This document shows positions 24,120 through 39,496 of a stretch of 64,000 nucleotides of DNA, piece after piece. Origin of the DNA: Lingula anatina (taxonomy: Eukaryota; Animalia; Brachiopoda); NCBI GenBank assembly GCA_051362555.1, contig CM120641.1, positions 32,556,401 to 32,620,400 on the forward strand, in the 5' to 3' direction. A program made the translations under genes and the position numbers. Numbering within the stretch: position 1 is the stretch's first letter; every line of letters begins with the position of its first letter. The notes under the pieces are model-generated. The model saw only the letters and a list, made by a program, of their open reading frames with translations. It did no database searches and was not told the origin of the DNA.

Positions 24120-24759
24120 GCCTATATAATAGCAATGGTGCGTTCACAAATATGTAGGTACAAAGCGGGCCCTTCAGTCATTTGCCTGATTATTGTAGCC
24201 AAGTCAGGGGGTATTGTTGGACAGGGGCTCTAATATTTTATGAAGCGGTTTACATTTGGGATTGAATATGTAATAGTAACAAATCTACTACGTTAAAGCC
24301 AACACGAAGAAATTGCAGTGTGTGTTTTAAAAAACGAGATGGATGTACACTTTAAAGTGAGATACAAACTCTAGAGAGAAACACCAGTGCGTTGGGACTG
24401 CGTGTGAAGGTGATCGTATGTGTTACCTGTTCATCACCTGTCACCCTTAATGAGGCACTTGTCTGACGAGAAGGAGGTAAGTGTGCGTAAAGTTGTTATT
24501 TATTACCCGGCAAGTAGCCCGATTCACATACTTGAAGATACGTTTGTACACATAACGACATACAATCGACTCTGATATGTAAATTGGAAGACGGGAATGA
24601 TGTGTGATTAAAGAATAAATAGGTGGGGGATGCGACTACACAGACATAGCATGACCTACATCATTTTGCATTTGATGGAGTAAGGAACAAGGTTTTCTGT
24701 GACAGAATCGGGACGTAGAGACTGTTAATGGCTGTACGTGTCCGCCCCGCCAGGTAAGT
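24120..24759 (+). promoter_or_regulatory. Candidate promoter and non-coding first exons of the synphilin-like gene
   Basis: GC box (gggcgg) plus TATA-like tatataa near 24115-24130. Two consensus donors: GAG|gtaagt (24476) and CAG|gtaagt (24753). The first coding exon is preceded by an acceptor at about 28042. Confidence 0.35.
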
Positions 24760-26582
24760 GCTTATATCAGTTGAGACACGAAATACTTGTACGTGCACTT
24801 GGTATTGGAATGGTCAGTGCTCACCACATATAACGGAGCTAGGATAACGAGACCCAGTTCTCATGGCGGGACAGATCAGCGCCATCGCTTTATGGATCTT
24901 TACAGAGAAAGGTTGTGATTTTGATGATGATGGTGATAAAATCTGGTGTCCTATTTAACCCCAAGCATCCTACTAGTTATATTCTCAATCACAAATAAAC
25001 AAAGTGCTGCTCAAACTGTTTACTAAAAAGAAATCATTCATTATTAAAAAGGAAATTATCGTATCTCATATTTCTTGAGCGTGTGCGTATTAGGATCTTT
25101 AAACCTTGCTTGTTCGACCGTATTTCCCAGGATGTGGGGTTCAGTGACAGGCAGAAGGGCTTGTAGTGTTCATGCCCCTCTTTTCACACCCACTGTATTA
25201 TCGCTGTGTGTGCGATGACACCAAGCATGGCGTGAATTACCATGGTTTTTGTGCGGTCTTCGTATCAATGTAATCGACAATACACGCTGGCGCTGCGCCT
25301 TGTGTCATCGTAAATCAAAACATACATATCTTTAATTGTTGGGTTAACCCGTGAATTGAGAGTCTTAAAAGAGAGATAGAATCTCCTTCAGAGTCATTTT
25401 ATTGCCGACATGAGATAGTATCTCGCTTCATTTTTATCTGAATGGCGATCAGCTTCAGCTATTTTACTCGTATTGCGGTGTACCTATCCACGCGTTGTAA
25501 TTTTGAACTGACGTGGAAATTGAGACGCCTCGCCTCAATATTTACCTTTTCTTTTTATTTTCATTTTGAAGTGAGGAGGGATGGGGGAAGAAGGAATAAA
25601 TCATAATTCCTTTCTCTGTGCCTAACAATACCGTGTTTAGAAAACATCACAATCCCAATGTTTCATATGTAAGATTTAATCAGCACACACTCAAGAAGAA
25701 TGGCAAGTAGTTAAAAGCAATTTAAGCATGTGGAATTTTTTAGACACGCATCTTAGTTTTTATTTGTCGATATACAATATTTAATTCGTTTGAGAGTAGA
25801 TTTTGATATACCTAATGCTTCTCATTTGGTTTGAATAAGGGGACAGTTCTTGTGTAAGAGTATGGATACTAATATTCTTAAATGTACTGGGTAGTTTCCC
25901 CAAGACTGCGTACTTATTTAAGTAAATATGGCAATTCGCGTCATTTAATTTTATCCATGTTCACAAATGAAAGGAATTGTTGTCTTCAAAAATCTTACAC
26001 ATGGAACTCTCCACTTGAACGATATAGTGAAACATGCCTACTTCTGTGATATGCTGTTACGGTTTTGCTGTAAGATGCATATATAAAGAGTAGACTTTAC
26101 TTCACAGTACATATTTGGTACTGTCGAGATAATTAGGTTATAACATATGATGAATTCTATATGGCTGATGAATACTATACTAGTAACATATGAGGAAGGA
26201 CTGCACACAACTTGGTAGTGATAAACTCTTATCACTTGCATGCACATCGTGTCTGGGAAAAATTATTATTACTATGATTATAGCTCAGTTCATAGGTCCA
26301 ATTTGATATGTTTCTGACGTAGTGAGCAGACGGGGTTTTACTGCTCCTTTGTGAAAGTTTACTGTCAAGCAATAACTGACAACTGACAATAACCAAGAGG
26401 AATTAAAAGCGGTGTTTTAATTCAGTTTATGCTTGGGCAGCCCTTTGGGCTAATGAAATCCCAATAAAACGCATATTTAGCCTGAAGGCATGTTAGTTAG
26501 GGCATAACTTCAAGGCAGGACGTGCCAAGCATTATAACATGGACCTCTGAACACATATCCTTGGGCTGAAGCACAGCGAGAT

Positions 26583-26583
<1 letters not shown>

Positions 26584-26625
<42 letters not shown>
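26584..26625. repeat. Poly-T tract
   Basis: About 40 consecutive T. Confidence 0.9.
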
Positions 26626-26627
<2 letters not shown>

Positions 26628-28097
26628 ATTTCATTTTTTGTACCTTTGGCATTCATCAGACTTTGTATATATAGTACTGTCTTTACCAAGGCTTAAAAAC
26701 CAATATTCCTCACTCAAACTGAAATTTAGGCGAAACCAACCCAATTTTGAGCAAATAACGTTCTTTATGTGCCGATATCTTGACGGGCAATGTGAGAATA
26801 AGAAAAAAAAACAACATAACTGCTGCATTAACGACATAAAAGGAGAGGGTCCGGAGCTGGTTGTTAAGTCCCATGAAATAACAGACATCAGATGTTCAAA
26901 TGTTTTTCCTTTTGGTATAAATATATAACAATACGGCACTGTTAACGGCACTTAGGTTCCATTTAGTTATTAATAAAAGCCAAAGGAAGACGGGACCAAT
27001 TCTGCCCACTGTAATTTCAAATATCTAAACCTTCTATCTGAGATGCATAAACCTGATGGGATAACAAGTATGTCGGGCGGCTTGGACTAAGCACCTAACT
27101 GGTAGCAAATTACTGTAATACCAGCTTTTAACGTTAATGTCTATAATTATTCTAGTCCATCAATCAAATTTCTGTATATTTTGTATCTAAGGTAATCCAG
27201 GTTTCCCATCAAAACGTAAACGAGGCCCAAGTGGGTGGTCAGTTGGAAAGGAAGTATATGATTCACAAAGAAAGGGGAAGTTTTAACCATTGTCGCCTAG
27301 TTATCAACGCCGTTTTGGAAGAAGAACATCTATGAACGAATTGTTTGTAAACTTTTTTTGAGACTCTTGCTCTCATCATAGTCAAGATTGATACTGATAT
27401 CGATTCCTTACACCTATACATGTAAGTTACGAGTGATATTTTTTCTACTGTTTTTGCTAAATGAGAGTTTTACTTTTTATTTATACGTTTTTATTTCCAA
27501 TGCTACACATGGTACTTGTAGCATTTGTACGTGTCCACTGAGACTGAGTTGTTTCCTGATTTGAGCTGATTTGGTGCAGCAAGGGACACAAGTTATCCTA
27601 GAGGGCACTTTGCACTGAAAATACCTTTACAATGCCCGCCACCTCATCTGTCACAAGTCAGGGTGGAACGACCGTAGCACACAAAGCGGTGTGAACATGG
27701 CACAATAATGCATTGTGTAGACAGTGTTGCATGGATTATTTATTACCGCTATATCAACTTGCAGAATGCTTCGCCAGGGTTCAAGCAGAATTTGCACTGA
27801 CAAGTGTTTTACGTGTGGCAAGTGATCCTATCTATCTTTCTCGACGTTTAACGCATTACGTGTGTAATATTTCAAAATATAATCGTATCCATGCCCTCTG
27901 TTCTGATCTGATAGCCTGAATTGATAACATATATCTTGAAACCACTTTTGCACAGAATATACAGATATATGTACAGATTATAAAAGTTAATTCTGTCGAT
28001 TTGTGTTGTGGGCGTTCATCTTTTTACTCTACCTTCTTTCAGGGCTGGCAGGCCTCCGCCTAAGGGGCGTTCAAAAAGACGGCTGTATTCCTGGCAA

Positions 28098-31000
28098 ATG
28101 CGAATGATGGAGTTAGAACTGGACTTCCTGGATTTAGACCAACTGGACTTCAGTCTTGACCCTCAGGTACGGGTAAATACTTTATTTTGTTTTTGGGTTC
28201 GCAAATACTGGTTAAATACTTTATTTTTGGTTTTGGGTCCGTTTTAGGGTATGCTGTAATATTTTCAAATATTTGATGCTTTATTGAAACATTACAACAC
28301 GAATATCAAGAGATTAGGTTCAGACCAAAAGAAATTTCGACGAAAGCAGAAAGTGAATTCTTTTCTAATACTTCAACAGCATAGTCTTGTGCATGGTGCG
28401 TACTCATCGAAAGATAAGTTCGACGTTAATCATATACGTGCATGGTCATACTGGCCACTACCTGTAGATTGTGCGTCACGACTCTGAATTCACTGCGCGT
28501 CTCACAAGCGTCAGTGATGCTGATCTCGGACACAGATACGACACTCCTCGGTTGCTTTACGTGGAAGCAAGCAATTCAGAGATGAATTAAAGCATTGTAA
28601 AAAATAAACTGTCAATAGATGTGTTGTTTAATGACATCAAAATGATAACCAGTGCTCTTGTTTGTAAGGAAATGTTTATATTTGTTTTTTTATATTTGAG
28701 GAAACTCAGGTATGAGCTAAGATATTGCGATACCGATCCTCAGGCCTGAGGGTTAAAGCAATTCAATAATTATGAAAGACGCCTTTGTTGCTATTCCCTT
28801 GGGAAATCTGTCAGTTTATTAAAAGCATTCCCCTTAAGCGAAGGCATCACGATTAGCGCGGATCGCACGGTGACCGAGGTCTGGCTGACAACGAGATCCG
28901 GACTTTACATTCGCCCAACTTGTCAGAGTAAAGCGTTTGAAGAATTTTAACAAATTGAAAGGTGTTCCTAGTTTATTACAATGTGATTTAAGATATCTGA
29001 CTTGTCTGTACTTGTCCTACATCAAATGGTGGCAGAAAAGGCGACGGAAAATAAGAGGAAGTACTCCATCTTGTGGTTTACCTTTGCACTCGACTTAACA
29101 GTCATTGATTATCCTATGACAGCTAACACCTTTTATTCTTTTTCTTTTTAGGTTCCGTTTTATCCTGTGGGTTTAGAAGAATACAAGCTGGATAATATCA
29201 ATCTGGCTAGCCCCGGGACGTATTATAAAGATGTGCCTCCGGAACATAATCCGGAGGCAATTTTGGGTAGGTTCTGTGCTTTCTCATACGTTAAAAGAGG
29301 TTGGTATCACATTAAGCAAACGCAACAACAAAAATCTATAGTGAAATTGTCCCGCAATACAACTTAAACGCTGCTGAGGTTAGGTTTTATGGTATATAAC
29401 TCTGCAGGTTCCGTTGTGAAAAAGTTGTGACCGGTGGTGCCATCCGACGGCTGTTTTTATATACAAAGACCTAGGTTGTTTGATGTGGTAAATGGGTCAA
29501 AATGAAATGAGTATGACGCAAACTTTGGTCTTCTCAAAATTGAAAAAAAAAAGCTGAAAACACTTTTTTACAACAAATTCCCCTACCAATAAAGTGGACA
29601 AAAGGTAGAGGTCAAATGAAGGTAGCAATAATTATAAGGAAAATAGCAAAAATAGTCTAGACGCTTGCAGTAGGCCCTACCCGTGCATGTACTAGTTAAA
29701 TCAATGTCGGGAGTGAAGAGAATTTGGTGTCATGCCAAGACAAAAATTCTATTCGTTCCAGCATTACCTGCCTCCTGGTCAATTCTTTCATTAATTAGGT
29801 TCTTAGCAGTGCATTATGCTTCTAGGTCTTTCAGGTACATGCGATTAAGCAATGGGGAAGAAATATGATTGCGCCCACTCATCCCAAAATGCATATATGC
29901 ATGGACCCACGCACACATGCATGCGCGCACGCACACATGGCCAATTATTCTTATAGTTCGATTTTGATAAATCAATTAGCGCTGCGTTACTCGAAGATTG
30001 AACTAAAATTGGACCGAGATAATATCAGCGCGCTCACTGCGGTTTCTTTTCATATCGTATATCATAATTATAGGCCTGTGCTCACATACTTCGCCTTATA
30101 ACTTATAAATAAGATTTATCTCTCATTTCAGATATTTTGGTCCGGGCACAGCACAACAACAGCCACGGGGCGTCCCCATGCAGCGACGGGTCAGTGCCTT
30201 GTGAGGAAGAGGTTGAAAATTTAAAGATCGACAACACTATTGCCGAGTGTTTTGTGAGTGACAAAGCAGATTCTGAGGTAAGTAATTCAGCGATGTGAAG
30301 CAAATGTAACACAGCAGAGAGTTAAAAGTAATTCCATTACCGTTTTCTCTCCAGAAGCCAGGTTTCTCAAATATATTTCAATCCATTTTCAGTCTAAGCA
30401 ACGCCCTGTCCACAAATCGGTAAAGGAAAAGGGAATTGCATCAGCGGCTCCATTAAAAACAGAAACTATCTCTCACACTACGCCAACTAAACAGAAAACA
30501 GCAACAACCCCTAAAGACAAGAAATCACAAGGATTCGGTGTACGTTTTTCTAACGCAGAAAAGCAAAGTAATTCAACGGCAAATAGAAATAACTCAAAAA
30601 TCGAACAGAATAGCAACGCTACAGGCAAGCAGGTAGCAGACACTACGTTGCTTGCGGAACACTCTGCAACTGCAAAACCCAAAGGTACTTTGGGAACGTT
30701 GAAGAAGTTGCGATCTCTCTTTCCGGAACGAAAATCCGAAACAAAAGAACAAACGGATACGAATAAGGAAAAGAACCAAAAATGGCAGCAGCACACGAAT
30801 AAAAGAAATGAATTGAACGCAATGGGCAACAAGATCCATTCATTTTCTAATGCTAATGACGTCACGGCACCCCAACTCAATGAACCGACATGTTATTATA
30901 ATCCATTATCAGTTTTAACGTTAGCACATAATAATAATCAATCTAACCGTCACCCAAAGGGGGGTCGAAACGGGTTTCACGAAAACAGGCATCTTTATTC

Positions 31001-34000
31001 TACCAGCACCGATGAAGAATCCACCACTCTGTCCGCGGCTAACTCTGACACTTCAGAGAATAGGACATATGGCAGTGTGTCTGACGTCACAGATATTACT
31101 GACGTCACGCCAATGACATCATTGGTGTCCTCTCGGAAACATAGCTTGCAGAGTGAATCTTTTTTCCAACGTTCAAATGAAACGCCCACTGCATACGTTT
31201 TAGAGTCAGACGACGAAGTTTCAGATACGTCATCTGTTTTAAGTGACCTGTCACCTGGATATTCTACGGGACCTGATGACGTCACAGATAACAAAGATGA
31301 ACAGAAACTTACGGAAGGACAAAGCAGCAAATACACGAATCTCCTTTACTTTACTGCAAGAAATGGGGACTCAAAAAGCTTAGTAAGTATTTTTTGTTCA
31401 TAGTTTTAGAAACGTATTTCCCAACTTTTGAACCTTGAATGTTCTAATAAATTGTATCAACTTAAGTCTTTATTTTGTCTCTGGATTAGTCAGCGTGAAG
31501 TGCCTAGTAGATGGATTTTAGCCCTAAATTTTCTCGTCTCAGGGTTCACTACTATCTTCGGAGGACGTGGACTGTTTACATGACGTAGATGGCAATACAT
31601 TAGCCCATTATGCAGCGTCTGGCGGGAACACTGACTGCCTCCGTTATTTAGTCGCCAGATCAAACAATGTGCTTAGCATATTAAACAAAAATGGCTTGAC
31701 TCCAATCATGCTGGCAATACAGGTAACTGTCAGTCATACCAATCTATATAAAATTTCTATATTTTGATATATTAAAGAAACCTTTAATTTGTCTGAATTT
31801 AAAGATATGTAAATTGCTACACCGTGAATGGCTCGTTTAAATTTCATAACAATGTATAATGATATAATTCATCTTTTATATGAACTTATTTTGATTATTT
31901 CCTGATGAACATAAGTCTGATAAATTATCCTTACTGCAAATTAATTGTGTCTATCCTACTGAGGTGATGGATAATTGTCTTTTTACGACTGTGTTTAGGT
32001 ACATTAACATGTGATGTGCATTCTAATGGTAATGATTCACTCTCTTTAAAAATGGATCATAGAGAAAAAAACAGTAAAACAATGACATGTTTATTTTTTT
32101 ATATTTTATAGGACGGGAAACTGAGTTGTCTGGAGTGGTATCTGAACTCTCAATACAGCACTGAAGAAAATATTAATTTAGTTCTTTATGCGGCTGATGT
32201 AGGTCAGGTAATGGGAATGCTACAAATAATGAGGGCATTGTTATGTGCATATGTTCAACTTAGAATTCAAAACTCCTAATTCGCCATATGACACTAATCT
32301 GATAACACATGTTGGCTGTTTTACGAGTGTTACAGTGATTTGACGAGAAAATTACAGTTGTCCTTCTCATTTAAATTTATGTCATAAACCTGTAGATATA
32401 TAGAAAATTAGCGAGACGAAGTGGCTGCAGTAAGAATAAGCGTCATCCACTGATATAAATCCACACCAGACAGTCAGAACTGACTAGCTCTACTACTGGG
32501 ACATCGGCAGCCATTTATTATATTGGTATTCAAGAAAGGTCCTCTTTTTAGGGCGACTGTCTGAGGGCAGTATTGAGGAAGTTTCCAGCGAGCGTGTCCT
32601 ACGCTGACAGTGAAGGTAACACGGCCTTGCATGCTGCCGCATCAAAGGGACAGATGGCATGTCTGCAGGTAAAGTCACTTTCTTATCATACAAGCAATAT
32701 CGCAAAATACAAGAAACTTGAAATTATATTTAGTAAATACACCACTGAAAATGCAGCGAATACAGTTTTCCCCCATGGATAAGGATAAATCCAACACTAG
32801 TTACATTCAAAGTTAACATCAAGATAGAGGACGCCATAAAACACATTAGGATATTAGATAGTTAAGACTTAAAAATTGAGAAACAGTAGACTGTAACTCT
32901 GTGGCACCACGCAACACTTGGACACTAAAAACTCATGTCGCAAAGTTGTCTGGTTTAAAAACAATATACGGTAATTTCTTATATAGCATTGCAATAAAAA
33001 AGCTTGTGTGGAGTGAATTTTTACTTTATAGAGATTGAAATGTTTCTTTATGATAAATAACAAGTATCACGCAAAAATTTGAGACAAAGCAATGTATACG
33101 AAGTTATTACTTCAAGGCATTGGTGGACCATCGCGCTGATGTGACAGCTCGTAATCACGCTAAAGCGACCCCACTGGATTGCGCCAGGCAAACCAACCAT
33201 GAAGAGTGCGTAGAATACCTTCGACTTGTAGAAACCAACGCTGAACTACGCACTGAGGTCAACCATCTGTCGCAAGAAGGGGTAAAGTAAGTTGTCCTTT
33301 TTTTACTTATTTTCTTGTCATCCTGCCATCATGTCAATTAACTGCACTTTAAAGCACGCTATTTAGGAAGAAATCCTTATACAAGCAAGAAATGATTCTT
33401 TTCAAAATTTCAACGGGTTTTCTCTTAAACGCCTCTGTATACTCTAACTGACTCTCTTAGGTAAAATATTTGACAAATTTCAAAAACCCAAGGAAAGGTA
33501 AACTGTCATATTTTCTATGTCTACATATCCTCCAAAGCTACTGATCTTTCCCAATTCAGACGTTGTAAATTATAAAACCTCTCAAACAAAAGTACCTTAC
33601 GTCGATATCTCCTTCTGAAATGTACAGAGACTAAAATTGAACAAAACATCGAACGTAAGCTCAAGGACAGGTAGAGCAATGATTCGTGAGTATATGAAAA
33701 TTGCTCCCCCCCCTCATTTTGGCGAGTAGGTCCAGTATAGAGTACTTTTCATGTGCAAAATTCTATTGTCGGGTATACTAATTGCCAAAATTCGTCCAGT
33801 GCACTTTATAGGGTCTGCTACTTGTTGCCAATTGTCTTACCGTAGGGCTGCAAACGTCAATTCTTTAATGTCTTTTAGTAGCCACCCAGCGTTTATGATG
33901 ACACTTAACCTCATTAGCATATTAGCATCAAGCCTAACATGTGGGCATATAATACCGGTACTACCCGTTTTCCAAGTCTCAATGATTATTCCACATGTGG

Positions 34001-37000
34001 TATACGTTGCAGATTTTTAGCTCGTTTAACCGAAAGGCTTGTTATTGCTGTGGAAATGCATCAAAATACACCTTAATTGGAGGGGGGGTTTACTTAAGAG
34101 ATGATGAATATTAAAAAACCAAGTTTATTAGTCGAATAGTCTGCATATTTACTTTTGGCTTACTATAGATAACTTGATATAGACTGGGTTCCCACAGATT
34201 TAGATCGATCCATCTGGATCGACCTAACTCCCTGGGGGTTCACGCTAGATTGCTGTCAGCTTCCGGGAGCTGAGCGCGAACAAAAGTAATTGCCCCCTTA
34301 CGGCTTTTAGTAGGTGGGACAGACATTTAAGTCGATTAAGCTGACAGCAATCTAGTGAGTCTCCCCAGGGGGAAATATCGGTCTAAATATCTGTGGGAAT
34401 GGTCTCCTAGCTGAACTTTTGATGTTATGTGTATGGAAATTTCGCGGATGATTTAAGATTTAAACTGTCCACTGATGACAATGTAATCTAAGGCTTAACT
34501 GTGACAACTGCAGGTAATTTGAACGTTTTTGAAAATAAAAAGAACGAAAAGGTTACATGTTAATTGTAACTCTCTAAAAAAAACTTTGAAATAAGTCCAT
34601 AAGTAACATTTTAATATTTTGAAGGCGGGAACGTAAATATATCTTTTTCATTTAAGGTTGAGGTCAGAGCTGGAAGCAAAGCAAGACCAAAAGCAGATGG
34701 TTAGTATAAAACCTTATACATGTCAGCATAACAATAACCTGGTTTTAACTGAAATAACGTAGCATTCACAGAGAAATCTGGTCATAGACTTGCAGGTTTT
34801 ATGAGAACTTTTTTTTTTAATTTTAGACCATGAAACTATTATCCGAAGCAGTATATTGAATATTTTCTGAATATTGTTATGAGCATAAGAATATACTTCA
34901 GGTGATATCCCAGAGAGATACCCTCCAAGCCGAGTTAATGAAGGCCAATGATTTGAACACCAGGTGGCACACAGTAGCACAGCACGTGACCTCTCTCCTG
35001 AAGACACTGTCACAACAGCTGGAGGATATTTTCAGCGAAAACTCCACCTTAAGAGAAAAGTTGAACGGAGGAGTGAAAAACAGTTTTATTGAGTATGAAT
35101 TTTGAAATGTAACTCCCGATTTAATCCATGCAATACTCAGTATTTTAAGACTATGGATTAATTTTTGTGCCTAGGAAGGAATTTTTTAGAACGGAGCTAG
35201 CTCCTAGACTCTCCACTGGAGATGCCCGTGACAAAAACTTTAATCATTCCCTCTAGACTGTTTTCCATCTTTTCTCATCTTTTACAAAAAGGCTTCCGAT
35301 TTCTCAATTGGCACTTATGCAAAGACCATATATGAAGTTCAGTGCAAGATAAGATGTGCATTACAAATAAACCGGGGTTTTATATATTCAGTTTTGAAAT
35401 ATTATGTGTAACAGCCGCTTCTTTTACTTTTAAGGGAGCAGGTGGAAGATTCTCTGGAACGTATAATTATGACGACAGAGGAAATTGAAGAATTACTAGA
35501 GGAAAACAAAGGAAATCCGGCAGAGTCTAATGGAGGAGAAACGACTCCGGATAAACTGTCTTTAAGGTTTGGACGATCGGTTTATGCTATATTGTATCTT
35601 TTTCTAAAAAAAATAATAATGACACCCAAACAACGCCAGTCAAATGTTTTTTTGTATGTTAAATGTATTTTTGATTACCTGAAAGTGTATGTGCCCACAA
35701 TGCTTCCATTACATTTTCTTCATTATTCAGGCGGAATGAGACTCAAAAACCAGCCATTACATCCAACGTCGCTGCTCCTCGTACACCTGCAGCAATGAGC
35801 ATCGATGGTAGTGATAAACGGTCGTCTGCTACAGCTGTTTCTTCTGGTTGTGTCAAACCTACGAATTTAGATGCGAATCCGAATCATGCTCAGACAGTCT
35901 CCTCTCCTACAACGAAAGCTTGGGCATCTGTCGTGGATTCATGCTGCCATAAAAGACAGCGTCATCACGGAGAAACACTGCGTGCTTCATACGAAACAAT
36001 ATATTCTACTCGACCAAGGCAATTACCAAACTCGGCCCAAAGTGGTGCTTCGGCATTGGTCTCGCTGCACGCCCGTGGACTGACGTCTAGCAATGATTCT
36101 ATTGCATCTAGCACCAAAGGACAATGTATGTTTGAGAACACAATGAAAGCATTTGATCAGGTTCTATGTAGTTCTCTTGAGAGTTTTGCGACGCTTGATG
36201 GGATGGAGAAACCTCCTATTGGAAGGCTAGGCCCTAGTCCGCTGGCACTCCCAAAAGCATCAACACCGAGCCCTACAATGGCACGAAAATCTCCAGATAG
36301 CTCGTTGGCTAACTTGACAATGGAATCTAGTAGATCAAATGTATCTGAGCTGGCAAATGAGTCTACTGAGCTTGGAGATGACAGAAAGTTTAATGAAGTT
36401 CTAAGAGATGAAAAAGTGATGGAATCTTCAACCGTTGGTGTAAATTCTGATGTCCAGAAAGAAATCAAAAGTATAAGTGCAAATAACCACCATGCTAACC
36501 ACACTGTTCAAAAAATACCTCAGACACAGGATAATTCGACAGGGAGTCTGTACAAGCTGTATGAAGAGAACTTACTCTATGAATCTGATGAAGGTCAGTG
36601 GGACGAACAGAGCTCCTTTAACTTGGAATTGGGACCTGTTGTGTACGAGGAAAGTGCGATTGATGTGGTTCTCCAACACATTCCCACCTACTGCAATCGA
36701 ACCAATGATTATGTGGAAAGTGTTGCATCCGATCAAGGAGGCCCGAAAGATATGAACAGCAAACAATCGTACACAAACGACCATAAAGTACACGTGATCC
36801 ATGAACATGGCCCTGAAAACAATTCCAATACTCAGACATCTCCGGAAGGTAACCTTGTCCATGTTGAAGATATTCAAATACACCTGCCAAATAATCAGCT
36901 AGCCGTTCATCAAAGATACGACAGAACAGTCAGTGGCAATAGACTGCTTAAAGTAGTTGTCGATGAAGATAATAACAGAGCGAAAGCAATTGGTTCTCTT

Positions 37001-38560
37001 GAGGATGTGCGTGTCGTCACCCCTAAGACAATTAGCAACGAATCTCTAAGCGCTTCCAAATCAGATCTCGTCTACTTACATAAGCTGGAAGGGAGAGGAA
37101 AACGTAAAACTGTTAAAAACCCATGCGCGATGGCCGAGACAGATCCTTATGAAAAATACGCATACACTGCCAACATGAATAATTCTGTTCATTGTAATAT
37201 CAACAAGAAAAGAAATTCGAAAATTTTCAATTTCATAAGACCAAGAGACGACGACAAAAGGAATTCCTTTATTAAATCCGTGGAATTCTCGCCAGAAGAG
37301 TTCTTTGAAAGCTATGCTCGTTTTCCGGATAAATCGTTGAAAGCATCGAATTGCAATGATGTTGAACATAAGATTAGAAATGCCGATAAAACTAATGGAA
37401 ACCATACCCAGCATAGCTCAATGAGCATGCAGCATGAAATGGACCAGGGTCAAGAAGCCCCTTGTGACAGGGCAAAAGTATATGTATACCGTGGTCAATC
37501 GGGGACAACTTCAAGCTGCGATAGTGAAAGTGAAACCGAGTTAAGACCCAAGCTCGACTTGTCTCACCTCTACTGTGCTGCAGAGTTAGCTTCCAGAAAT
37601 TCAAAAGAAAGCAGCGGGACACTGTCTGCAGCAAGTGCAGATGAAGATGAGGGGAGATTTTTAAAGGTTTGTACTTGGAATTCGTAATTTAAAGAACTGC
37701 ATTGTACATGTAGCGTTGCTCATTATATTTGTCGTTGAGAAGAAAAACCAAATAAATGTTCAAAGGAAGTTACATGAATAGTTTATTGATCAATTTCAAC
37801 ATACATATTATATCTTGAAAAACAGGACAGCATGACGTCATTAGCTCTCCCTGTTATTATATTAATCTTCTATTCTGCTATTGATAAGCAAAACACGTTT
37901 TCCGTTAGTTCCTGTTGCTGAAGAGTATTATTTAGACACTGTTTTAAAGACATAAACAATCTTTTTGACAGGACGTGACAGGGCACCGACCGTCTGACAA
38001 GAATAGCTGGAACACTTGGTAAGAATCGAGCTTTGGCTTTCCTTATTTTACTGAAATCTTCTCATTTAATCAGTTGGCCACAGGAACCACAGGCATACTT
38101 GGCTGCGTGATGTTTGATAATTCGCAGATATACGCATTGATCATAAATTTGAAACCAGCACAAGCCACAGAACACATTTTGATCAATAACCAAACGCCCA
38201 TGCTTAAAATGACACCAAAATGATCTTAACGCCCACAGATAATTAACCGAAGTCCGCCGTTACCAGCGTTAACGAAGATTTCTGCGTTTGTGTATGAGTG
38301 TACATGTATGATAAATCATACTCCGTTTTTTTTCCCTTATGTTACCTGTCATTTCTGACATCATATCAGTGATTAAGGGAAACGTTAATACCTGGAGGTC
38401 ACCTTGGAAACAGCAACGATATGTTCATATCATAGAAACGACCATGTACTTAACCGATGTTGTAATGTTCTTTTTCAGGTGCGACTTGTCCTCAGAAGAC
38501 AGCAGCTTCAACAAATGCAAAAATCAGTGGTCTAATCATATTGAAGGTTTTGTCATATAG
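28098..38560 (+). CDS. SNCAIP: Synphilin-1-like ankyrin-repeat/coiled-coil protein (about 1437 aa)
   Basis: Exons 28098-28166, 29152-29266, 30132-30277, 30393-31382, 31543-31722, 32112-32207, 32552-32668, 33117-33286, 34657-34699, 34902-35092, 35435-35566, 35731-37666, 37972-38018, 38479-38560; sum 4314 nt, in frame. N-terminal FLDLDQLDFS resembles recalled synphilin-1 YLDLDEIDFS. Ankyrin motifs DGNTLAHYAA, NGLTPIMLA and EGNTALHAAA are followed by CVEYLRLVETNAELRTEV (cf. recalled CSRYLVVVETCMSLASQV) and a coiled coil. Confidence 0.8.
34181..34407. mobile_element. Palindromic MITE family, copy 2
   Basis: agactgggttcccacagattt ... atctgtgggaatggtctcc, internal arms ctagattgctgtcagctt/aagctgacagcaatctag. 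Confidence 0.7.
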
Positions 38561-39496
38561 ACATTAACCACCGAGAGGAAGCGAACTTTAGGAGGAGGTC
38601 GATATTAGCTTACGTGTGCACCGCAATCACCATGTGCACAGGTGTTTCTCGTGACATAGGAAACCGCAGTCTAAACAGAGGCAGTCTATTATAAATCCCC
38701 CAGGGCGAAAAATAATTCCCCAATACGTCCGCTTTAAATGAAGACATTGGAAATATCTGAGTCAGCTGAATATTGATGTGCAGTATCTCCGTCCTACTGA
38801 TTGGTAAAGAAAGAAATCCACGGGCACACAATAAAATTTATTTATTTATATTTTGATGTTGTTCGGAGTCGTTTTATCCAAAGTAAATTACCTCTGTGAT
38901 TCTTATTTCTAGCGATTTTATGGCCCTTCGCCTTTAAAACGTACATATTTGTGGTTGATTTCCACACCAGTGTGTTTAATTCTCCAAAATATAACTTTGT
39001 TGACAGCAATGATTTAAACCAGCACGACATGACATAATAGCAAACAGTATGTTAATCAAAAGGCGTGAATTTGATTTTTTAGAGGGAAAACAGATATTAA
39101 ACTGCGCTTTTTCGGAGCATCATCTGAAGGTCCTACATGTATGCTTATGACTGCAATTGTAATCTTACATGGTTGCAGTCATGACCGTTTAAACTTGGCC
39201 ATATGTTAAGGTTTCTGGAAAAAAATATATTGCCATTGCGTAAAGCTGTGACCTTAATTTTCTAAGATGGTTTATGGTTGGATCCTGTCATCTAATATGC
39301 GCAGCTGCGTCAGGTTGGAGTGTGTATTATATATAATGCGGGGTTCTCGAAATACAAGCTTTTGTGCTGCGTCGAATTAACTGCTCGTATCTGGCTTAAT
39401 TTTGTCTTAAAAAACAATAACAGGAGTTTTGCATTTTGCAAAATAAGAAGCAAAGAACAATATATTTGAATCAAAGTAAAGTCAATTTTATTAAGC

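Noticed and set aside
30473-37634. Numerous 60-135 aa minus-strand and alternate-frame ORFs over the large synphilin-like exons
   Set aside because: Shadow ORFs of a real coding sequence, with no independent splice or motif support.
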